Positions 10,054 to 17,782 of a DNA stretch of 64,000 nt are shown piece after piece (within the stretch, counting starts at the first letter, position 1; every line of letters begins with the position of its first letter). Source of the stretch: Candidatus Latescibacterota bacterium (GTDB lineage Bacteria > Latescibacterota > UBA2968 > SICM01); the NCBI GenBank assembly GCA_965217865.1, contig CBDCJO010000002.1, forward strand, positions 4,576,001 through 4,640,000. Direction: 5' to 3'. Both the position numbers and the translations under genes were made by a program. The notes under the pieces are model-generated. The model was not told the origin of the DNA. It ran no database searches and saw only the letters and a program-made list of their open reading frames with translations.

Positions 10054-11670
10054 TTAAGCATTTAAGCGAAGCTCGGGCTGTTTCATGCCTCTTCCCACCA
10101 CGGCCGGAGTATCGAATTTCTTTCCCTCAAGAATTTCGTGGACGTTCAGCATCTGAAGGCGGGGATAGGCTGCGCTACCGATTTTCACGTCTCCCGCTCT
10201 GGCCATGAGGCGGTGAAAGTTGCGGGTTTTTGTCTCCCCCAAGGGATCCATGATAATCAACCCGGCCATCATTGCAAGGTCGTTGTCCAGGACCCCGCAT
10301 AAGGCGCGGAGGTCCCGAATCGATACGTTTTGTCCGCCCTTTACCTCAATGGCCATGTTATGCAAATCTCGTTTTCCTGGGCAATCGAAATACAATCGCC
10401 CATCGATCCCGCCGTCCGCCGTCCGCTTCGTGGTTACAAAACCATCTACTTCCTCAGTGGCCCATTTTTGAAAATGATAAGTGTCCCGTTCCCACAGGTC
10501 TTTCGCCCCTTCGGTGTTACGGGGCACACCTTCGATTTTGTAGTCTTGACCTTCGACCAGGCCCAGCTTGTCACGCAGCCTAAAAGCTGCTACGCGCTTG
10601 ATGGCATGTATGGCTATGTCAATACCTATCCACCGGCGTTTGAGTCTGTGGGCCGCTTCCAGCGTTGTAGCGCACCCACAAAAGGGATCGAATACGACAT
10701 CTCCATCAATGGAGCTGGCCTTGATGATGCGTTCAAGGAGTGCGAGCGGTTTCTGTGTGGCGTAGCCCATCCGTTCGGAAGACGTATTGGGAATTCTCCG
10801 TATATCGGTCCATATGTTTTGCAGTTGCTTGCCAGGTGCTTCATCCATATAGACCTTTAAGCCGTCCATGCGTGGCGTTCCGTCTCGCTTGGTCTGTATA
10901 CGTCCTTCTTCCCACCAAGATTCAAGTTGTTCGCGTCGATAACCCCAACAGCGCGTATTGCCGGGCCTTGTTCCTCGCCATTCAAATCTATCACGACCGG
11001 AAGTCGGCGCAGTCAAGTCGTCAAGTCTATATTTTCGTCCAGTGCTGTCAACATGTCGAAATCGGCCCAATTGCGCCTCTCCATAAGGCTGATATTGTGG
11101 ATTCCAGGTTGTAGTCCGGGAGTTTGAGTAGTACAATATGATGTCCGCAACATTACCGTATTTCCTGGCGTTGTTATGGCTTTCGGTCCTTTGCCAAGTG
11201 ATTTCATTTCTGAAATTCTGATGTCTGAAAATACCGTCCATCATGACTTTGATGTAGTGGGATGCGGTCGGATCACAATGCAGGTAAATCGAACCTGTTG
11301 GCTTCAGGATGCTTTTCATGTGGAGTAGGCGTTCAACCATATACGAGAGGTAGGCCAGCAAGCGGGGTTGTGTTTCTCTCAAGGCTTTCATCCACAGGTG
11401 CCAGAAAGCAGCTATGCTGTCATCAACACCGGATTCCCGCATTAATACAGGCATGGTTCTGATCGCTCGTTCACGCTCTTCATCCAGCGTCCATAGATCA
11501 CAGAAGGCATCAATCTGGTCCGGCAATGGTCGGCCCGTCCCATCCTTATAGATCGCATTGTAAGCCCGGTTGGAGTTGAATGGGGGATCGAGATAAATCA
11601 GGTCTACGCTGTCTTTCTTCATATATTCCTGCATGACCGTCAGGCAGTCGCCGTAATAGAGTTTGTTCAC
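10054..11670 (-). CDS. Beta-class N6A/N4C DNA methyltransferase fused to a C-terminal Mrr-like PD-(D/E)xK domain
   Basis: DPPF motif IV before DPFCGCAT motif I; C-terminal DGGIDG...IEVKGG; GTG start overlaps the TGA of transposase B (GTGA). Confidence 0.88.
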   Translation of the reverse strand: MNKLYYGDCLTVMQEYMKKDSVDLIYLDPPFNSNRAYNAIYKDGTGRPLPDQIDAFCDLWTLDEERERAIRTMPVLMRESGVDDSIAAFWHLWMKALRETQPRLLAYLSYMVERLLHMKSILKPTGSIYLHCDPTASHYIKVMMDGIFRHQNFRNEITWQRTESHNNARKYGNVADIILYYSNSRTTTWNPQYQPYGEAQLGRFRHVDSTGRKYRLDDLTAPTSGRDRFEWRGTRPGNTRCWGYRREQLESWWEEGRIQTKRDGTPRMDGLKVYMDEAPGKQLQNIWTDIRRIPNTSSERMGYATQKPLALLERIIKASSIDGDVVFDPFCGCATTLEAAHRLKRRWIGIDIAIHAIKRVAAFRLRDKLGLVEGQDYKIEGVPRNTEGAKDLWERDTYHFQKWATEEVDGFVTTKRTADGGIDGRLYFDCPGKRDLHNMAIEVKGGQNVSIRDLRALCGVLDNDLAMMAGLIIMDPLGETKTRNFHRLMARAGDVKIGSAAYPRLQMLNVHEILEGKKFDTPAVVGRGMKQPELRLNA

Positions 11671-11952
11671 GCAAAGCACCCCCGAATGAAGGCGCCGAAC
11701 GTGTTGTCGTTCTTTCTGTTGTTGTACTTGTAGCAGGTTTCGGCAACAAAGAGGGGCATGAACTTCCTGGTATAGTGGTGATGCGAACCATACCAGGCAC
11801 GCTTGAGCAAAGACCAGACTCCTTCAATCGTGTTGGTGTGGATGGAGCCATTGACATAGGTTTCCGAGTGCTTGACAACCGAATGCCTGAATGTCTTTTG
11901 AATTGGTGATTATGCACTTGACTAAGGTTGGCAGGTTTGGTAAATTGATGGG

Positions 11953-12471
11953 ATGGAATGGAAAAGTGTTTTTCGGAACCCGCTTTGCGCCTTGTCGGTG
12001 CTGGCTATGTTCGCAGGTTTACTGGTCGATTTTCAGGGGGCGGCGTCTAAAATGGCACGAGCTATTCCCCTAATAGAAGCCTTACTGCCATTGATAGCCC
12101 TTGGGGGGGTTACGTTCTTTGGGTTGTGGTCAATATGGGCGGTTCCATCATTCTTCTGGGCGCGTCGCCCTGCTGCCAAGTTTGGAACAAATTACTATTT
12201 CATAGTGAAATGCCGCAATGCCGTTGAAGGTCGCATTATCGGCATATTGGACAACAATTCTCACTTGTATGCCGGAATGACGGAACTTTCCAATACGTTG
12301 AGTCGATTCCGAATCCAATGTCCCAATATAAATCCTGACGATAAATATTACGCAGTAGTATGGTTCAACTTTCTTGCACAATTAGCGCCATTGGCACGGC
12401 ACGATGATTTGTACAATGCACGCAAACTTGGATTACGGGGAAATGAATCACATGACCGAACCCAACTTTAA
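11953..12471 (+). CDS. Hypothetical membrane protein (2 N-terminal hydrophobic helices), cargo of C
   Basis: 172-aa ORF with lower GC; ATG lies 6 nt after a -10 box (probably leaderless). Confidence 0.7.
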   Translation: MEWKSVFRNPLCALSVLAMFAGLLVDFQGAASKMARAIPLIEALLPLIALGGVTFFGLWSIWAVPSFFWARRPAAKFGTNYYFIVKCRNAVEGRIIGILDNNSHLYAGMTELSNTLSRFRIQCPNINPDDKYYAVVWFNFLAQLAPLARHDDLYNARKLGLRGNESHDRTQL

Positions 12472-13621
12472 GAACCGCACGATATGGACGGGCGACAACC
12501 TGGACATCATGCGTGGCATGAACTCCGAAAGCGTTGATCTGATCTACCTTGATCCGCCCTTCAACTCCAATCGCACCTACTCCGCGCCCGTAGGAAGCAA
12601 GGCGGCGGGGGCTGCCTTCAAGGATTCATGGTCGTTATCCGATTTGGATGTTGCCTGGATGGGGATCATTGCCGACAAACATCCGGGCATGTATAAGGTT
12701 CTGGAAGCGTCTGGCGTCGCTCACGGAAAAGGGATGCAATCCTATCTTTGCATGATGGGTGTCCGAATCCTTGAAATGCATCGTCTCTTGAAGCCTGCGG
12801 GGAGCATCTATCTTCATTGCGATCCCACGGCCAGTCACTACCTCAAGCTGCTTATGGACGCGGTATTCGGGCAGGAAAATTTTCGGAGTGAGATCACGTG
12901 GCGCCGTACCAATGCGAAAGGATTGGCGTTCAAGAGCTACCCGAACAACGCTGACTTTCTGTTGTACTACAGCAAAGCCGAATCTTTTACGTGGAATCGT
13001 CCATTTCGCTCCCATGATCCGACCTATTTAAAAAAATTTTACCGACATGTTGATCCAAAAACCGGACGGCGCTATCTACTCGACAATCTGGCGAACCCGA
13101 ACTCGGATCGCCCTAATTTGACATACGAGTTTCTCGGAGTAACCAGAGTTTGGCGTTGGACACGAAAACGAATGCAGAAAGCCTACGAACAGGGTCTCGT
13201 TGTGCAGCAACGTCCGGGTGCAGTTCCAAGACTCAAAAGGTATTTGGATGAGATGAAAGGCGCCCCGGTTGATACGATTTGGGACGATGTAAAGCCAGTA
13301 CAGGCTCAATCCGGGGAGCGCATCGGCTATCCCACCCAGAAGCCCCTTGTCCTCCTGAACAGGATCATCCAGGCAAGCAGCGACATCAACGATATGGTCA
13401 TGGACCCATTCTGCGGATGCGCAACGACCTGCGTGTCGGCGGACAAGCTGAACCGCCAATGGGTCGGAATAGACATCTCGCATAAAGCTTCCGAGCTTGT
13501 CAACATGAGACTTCAATCGGAATTGGGAGACCTTTATCATTCCCGCCTGGTTGCGGTCCGAACCGACGTTGTATCTATTCTGAGATAACAAGAGAAAAGC
13601 AGATAAAGGTCCAAGCAAGAT

Positions 13622-14653
13622 TCAGGCAGCCTTGTGGATGGTCTGGGATGTTCTTTGCCGATTGATTTCTATGCGGCGCTGCCGAGCCTCCTCCTTTCGA
13701 CCTTGTCGGTGGTGAAGAATCTTTTGATGCTGGCCTTTATGCCTCTGAAGAGGCGTGACATACTGTATTGCCCCGTGATAGCGTTCGGCGTTGTAGCTGT
13801 GAATGAAGGAATCAATCAGGCCTTCCAGTTGATGGAATGTGAAGATGTCCTGGAAGCGCAGCCAGTCGTATTTGAATGTCCGGAAAAAGGCTTCGATCCA
13901 GGCGTTGTCCGTGGGTGTTTGATATCGGGCAAACAGCTGCGAGATGCCCAGGTCCTTGAAGAATTGGGCCATCGATTTGGCCTTCATCTGAGATCCGTGA
14001 TCTGAGAGGGCTGTCAAGCTTATGGGCCCAGTGTCCAGGTCCAGCAGTCCTTCGTTGGCAAGGGCTTGATCCCAGGCCTGTTTGACCTGCTCCACGGTCG
14101 CGTTGAAGGAGAGCTTCCATCCTACGATCTTCCTGGAATACACGTCGAGAATGGCGGTAAAATACAGGAACAAACCGAAAAATGGGATGTAGGTCAGGTC
14201 CCAGCTCCAGACCTGATTAGGACCTTCAGGTTTGACCTGGGGCTTGCTCTGCTTGACCGGCGTCCTCACCTGTTTCCTGCGTGCCAGACGTTCTTTCCTG
14301 GCCTGTCGGTAGAAGCTGGAGGCCGAGGCCTGCACTACCCCCTTCTCTGAGGCTACCACCGCCAGCTGATGGGGAGGCAGATCGGCATAGGTCTCATCCC
14401 TTAAGAGGGCCGGGATTTGCTCTTTCTCCTCCCTCAGCAATCCGTGTGGGGCCTCATCAGGGGCGGGCCCGGGCTTCCCATCCAAAAGCGGGTCCGACAC
14501 CCCATCCAGCTTCTCTTCTCGATCTCGCCGGCTCCAGGCACAATACCGCTGGAGGGGAAGCTGTAGGATCTCGCAAGAACGGGTGAGTTTCACCCCTTTC
14601 TCCTTGGCCCGATGGACCATTAAGAGGATCTCGCGTTTGACCTCAGCTTGCAC
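13622..14653 (-). CDS. IS3 transposase OrfB (rve/DDE)
   Basis: WSWDLT, SDHGSQ, DNAWIEAFF, YNAERYH; probably made as OrfAB by -1 frameshift at A8G (14693-14701). Confidence 0.92.
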   Translation of the reverse strand: MQAEVKREILLMVHRAKEKGVKLTRSCEILQLPLQRYCAWSRRDREEKLDGVSDPLLDGKPGPAPDEAPHGLLREEKEQIPALLRDETYADLPPHQLAVVASEKGVVQASASSFYRQARKERLARRKQVRTPVKQSKPQVKPEGPNQVWSWDLTYIPFFGLFLYFTAILDVYSRKIVGWKLSFNATVEQVKQAWDQALANEGLLDLDTGPISLTALSDHGSQMKAKSMAQFFKDLGISQLFARYQTPTDNAWIEAFFRTFKYDWLRFQDIFTFHQLEGLIDSFIHSYNAERYHGAIQYVTPLQRHKGQHQKILHHRQGRKEEARQRRIEINRQRTSQTIHKAA

Positions 14654-14676
14654 CCGGTGGCCCTTGATCGGGCCTG

Positions 14677-15012
14677 TCAGATCCCATTCACACTTTTTTT
14701 TAGCAGGGAAAGTTCCACAGATTGCTCAATGATCGTTTGCTCCAGGCGTGCCCGCTCTTTGCGCAGCTGCTCCACCTCCTCAGCCGATACCATCGGCTTG
14801 CGGCTCCGGCGACCCTTGAACTCCTTGAGGGCCCCGGACTTGACCGACTCACGAATACGCTTTAGATCCGAGGAATGAATGCCCCATTTCCGCAGCACCT
14901 GTGCAATGGGAACATCTCCCCGGCTGGCTTCAAGGAAAATCTCATACTTCTGTTCCGGGGACAAGCTCCTGCGCTTCTTGACCGGGTCACTGTTTGAGGA
15001 CAGTTGCTCCAT
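14677..15012 (-). CDS. IS3 transposase OrfA (HTH)
   Basis: SPEQKYEI..IAQVLRKWGI HTH plus coiled coil; RBS AGGAGG. Confidence 0.88.
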   Translation of the reverse strand: MEQLSSNSDPVKKRRSLSPEQKYEIFLEASRGDVPIAQVLRKWGIHSSDLKRIRESVKSGALKEFKGRRSRKPMVSAEEVEQLRKERARLEQTIIEQSVELSLLKKSVNGI

Positions 15013-15399
15013 CTTTACTCCTCCTGTGAGGTCAGGGATATCCCAAAATATGTATCCCTTCTCAACCCTACAGGCAACCAGGATCTTGCTTCGACCTTGC
15101 CCCCGTTTTTTCGGGCGATCTCAGACAAAAGATAACGTTCCAAAGCGCACTGACTTGGGCGAACTTCCCGATTACCGAACGTACAAGCATATCCTGTTCG
15201 GCAAGCAGGAAGGAGTATGCGGTGGTTGTCGTTCAACGTTCCAGTTCAGGAACTTCACGGTGGATCATATCGTACCCAAAATCAAAGGAGGAACCAACCA
15301 CCAAGACAACCTGCAACTGCTCTGCGGAGCCTGTAACAGCTTGAAAGGTGATAGGCCGCAAGCCTATCTGGTGGCGAGATTGAAAGGCTTGGCCACACC

Positions 15400-16293
15400 T
15401 TAGGCCGCCGTCAGGTTCCGGTACGTGATGTTGTCCGTGTTCATGATCCGGCGAAGCGTATCGTGGAACAGGCGAGGATTGTTACGATTGTTGAACCTCC
15501 ATTCAAGCTCTTCAAGATAACGGTCCATATGCTTAGTGCTCATCTTGTGAAACGTCCCTACGATGGAACGCTTGAACAGGGACCAGACGCCCTCGACGCT
15601 GTTGGTGTGCACGTCGCCGACAACCCATTGCTCTTCGGAATGCCTGACGGTTTCATGACGGGTGTCATGGTCCTCGACTCCGAGATAGGATTTCAACTCG
15701 TCCGTGTAAATGGCTTCCGCTTCGTCCTTGACGGTTCGCCGGATAAAGTCATGAAGCGTCTGGCGTCTGACGTTGGAGATGCGCTCGATTCGGATGTTTC
15801 CGCCCCTCTGGACGGCCCCTGCGATCCAGGTTTTGTTTCCCTTGTAGGCGCGCCCCTTGTTCTTTGTCCTGCCTCCTACAAGCGTTTCGTCCACTTCCAC
15901 GACGCCGAGCAGCGTCGGCCCCTCAAACGGATCGTTGCCCATAGCCTTCCGGATTCTGTGGCAGAGATACCAGGCCGACCGGTAGGCGACGCCGAGCGTT
16001 CGTTGAAGTTGAAGCGCGGAGATGCCTTTTTTGGATTCGCACATCAGGTAGATCGCCAGGAACCATTTGCGAAGCGGCAGATGAGAATCATGCATGATGG
16101 TCCCGGACATAACGCTGAACTGGTACTCGCATGACCGGCATTCCCACAGGTTGTAATCGTGAAGCTCGTTTACCCCCGTGTCTCCGCAGCGCGTGCAACA
16201 TACGCCGTTCGGCCAGCGGATGCGCTCAAGGGCTTCCCTGCACTTCCCGTCATTGCCGAACCGGTCAATCAAGGAGATAATATTGACGTCCAT
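15400..16293 (-). CDS. IS1595-family transposase C (intact)
   Basis: CTRC..CRSC Zn finger, VEVDET / IYTDE / TNSVEGVW, RYLEELEWRFN; RBS AGGAG. Confidence 0.95.
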   Translation of the reverse strand: MDVNIISLIDRFGNDGKCREALERIRWPNGVCCTRCGDTGVNELHDYNLWECRSCEYQFSVMSGTIMHDSHLPLRKWFLAIYLMCESKKGISALQLQRTLGVAYRSAWYLCHRIRKAMGNDPFEGPTLLGVVEVDETLVGGRTKNKGRAYKGNKTWIAGAVQRGGNIRIERISNVRRQTLHDFIRRTVKDEAEAIYTDELKSYLGVEDHDTRHETVRHSEEQWVVGDVHTNSVEGVWSLFKRSIVGTFHKMSTKHMDRYLEELEWRFNNRNNPRLFHDTLRRIMNTDNITYRNLTAA

Positions 16294-16444
16294 GGATCAC
16301 ACTCCTAAGAAGAAGAAGAAATTGCCTAAGGATTTCGCCGAGCGGACCGACCACGAGCTCATGGAGCTGCTTTTCGGAAAACAGGTCATGAAAGCCGTTG
16401 ACAAGATCGTCGATGACCGGTCACAAGACTTTGACAGTAAGTAA
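16292..16444 (+). CDS. Possible small basic protein (50 aa) divergent from transposase C
   Basis: MDHTPKKKKKLPKDFAERTDHELMELLFGK...; its ATG overlaps the transposase start codon (CATG). Confidence 0.35.
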   Translation: MDHTPKKKKKLPKDFAERTDHELMELLFGKQVMKAVDKIVDDRSQDFDSK

Positions 16445-17782
16445 GTAACGTCGTCCATAGACTTAATATAACAATATTCTTATCCTTAGTCAAGTGCATA
16501 ATAACCTTTGAATTGCGTTGTAGGATTTGAATTCATCTGTCACCAGCAAGGAGCCGTCGGGCTTGACGGTCTTTTTGATGAACGCCATGACGCCTTTGCC
16601 CGAAAGGTCGTCTGTGACCCGGGCAACAACGTTTCCACCACGTTCAACGGCGCCTATAACCGGCGTTTTCTTTGTTCCTCTGCCTCTCGGGCGGGGGGGG
16701 GGTAGATGATCTCTTTCTGCCACCGACGTAGGTCTCGTCCGCTTCAACAATACCTTGCAGCAACAGAAAACCCTCTTTGCGTGCCATTTCCGCCCGTATG
16801 CGTTGTTGCATATACCAGGCCGACTTGTGATTCATTCCAAGGTCACGGCCCAACTGGTGGCTCGACAGGCTCTTCTTGGCGTGCATGACAAGTCCGATGG
16901 CAAAGAACCAGTCCTGCAACTGAAGCTTGGTGTTCTGGAAAATCGTGCCGGAAAGCACATTAAAACTGGCCTTGCATGAATGGCAGTTCCAACGTCCGAT
17001 TCTGTTGCCATCGGCTTTGCGGGCCACGTGGCCAACAACACCGCAGAGCGGGCAGTAAGGCTCATCACCAAAACGGACCTTTTCGAGATGCCTGATGCAC
17101 GATTCTTGATTGGGGAACCGCGCGAAGATTTGATGAATGGTCATTGCAACAACTCCTTTGTGGGGCTTGATGTTTGGTTGCCGAATGCTTATAATATAAG
17201 CAATCCAACCCCGATTGTCAAGCCCCAATCTACGCAATCCCAAAAAACAGATACTATAATTAAAACTTTCCGCATTTATCCCACCTCCTTGATGAGTAGT
17301 TTTGGCACCTGCCAAAAGAAGGTGCCGGGTAGAACCACCAATCACGCAGAGAGATGATGCGGGAAGGGTCCTGCTTATTCGCCGAACCGGGTTGCAAGGC
17401 CGGCTCTGGTGTTGTTGGCTATTATATTCGGCAGGCTACCCGACATGCGGGACTGCCTGATTGGTGGTACGTGGAATATAACCAACTCAGGACCGAAAGT
17501 CAAGCCTTAATCTGCTAATTGCGATGATTTATAGTCGAACCACCAGTTTTCCTGATGGCTCTTATTTATCTCGATTATCCTAAATATATAAATAAAGCCC
17601 CAGGAGAAGAATCAAGGGTTCTTGCCGGGAATCCTCCTGCCGGATTTGGATTCGATTCGTGACTTGACATCAACACCATGATTGGGTATCGTAGTGAATA
17701 TATTGTGTCTTCCATACGAAGCACCACATGTCCTTGTATTGGGTCGGTTGTGTAGTATGAAATCCCCTGGAAGAGGTCCCGC

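Larger units (their letters stand above)
13570..15134 (-). mobile_element. IS3-family insertion sequence (1565 bp)
   Basis: Imperfect 17-bp TIRs (TGTATCTATTCTGAGAT / ATCTCAGACAAAAGATA); 4-bp TSD ACGT at 13566-13569 and 15135-15138; orfA/orfB layout. Confidence 0.88.
12452..15403 (+). pseudogene. DNA methyltransferase-HNH endonuclease fusion split by IS3 (join 12452-13569 + 15139-15403, 460 aa)
   Basis: DPPF and DPFCGCAT MTase motifs; frame restored as RTDV|PKRTDLG; HNH domain CGGC..DHIVP..GGTN..NLQLLCGACN. Confidence 0.9.
11905..16506 (-). mobile_element. IS1595-family (ISNwi1-like ends) cargo element C (nested in B; ~3.0 kb un-nested)
   Basis: 23-bp TIRs GGT(G/T)ATTATGCACTTGACTAAGG at 11905-11927 and 16484-16506; TSD TTTGAATT at 11897-11904 and 16507-16514. 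Confidence 0.95.
11667..17144 (-). pseudogene. IS1595 transposase B, interrupted by element C and frameshifted at a G10 run (16693-16702)
   Basis: MTIHQIF..CPLC..CHSC..VEADET (17144-16700); VIGAVERGG..VTDEF..NAIQ (to 16507); resumes left of element C as KTFRH..TNTIEGVW..FIRGCFA* (to 11667). Confidence 0.9.
10025..17241 (-). mobile_element. IS1595-family cargo element B (nested in A; ~2.6 kb un-nested)
   Basis: 22-bp TIRs GGGATTGCGTAG(TTC/ATT)GGGGCTT at 10025-10046 and 17220-17241; TSD AAAAAACA at 10017-10024 and 17242-17249. Confidence 0.92.
8848..17275 (-). pseudogene. Secreted HExxH metallopeptidase-like cargo protein split by element B (join 17275-17242 + 10016-8848, ~400 aa)
   Basis: Removing B plus one TSD restores the frame: signal peptide MRKVLIIVSVFFVVTWLAAATA, DLDGNGEVNLEDF motif, 3x DTxxVRDTT repeats, FAHEYGH...WFDES; RBS GGAGG. 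Confidence 0.85.
7550..17523 (+). mobile_element. IS1595-family cargo element A (outermost; ~2.75 kb when un-nested)
   Basis: 34-bp TIRs 7550-7583 and 17490-17523 (31/34 match); 8-bp TSD ATGATTTA at 7542-7549 and 17524-17531. Confidence 0.93.

Noticed and set aside
16693-16702. G10 run as a programmed frameshift or phase-variation site in transposase B
   Set aside because: The gene is already split by element C and the region is shortened relative to transposase A; decay or homopolymer error is more likely.
7647-17144. Composite transposon formed by two inward-facing IS1595 copies
   Set aside because: Transposase B has its own TIR/TSD pair (10025/17241), so the structure is nested, not composite.
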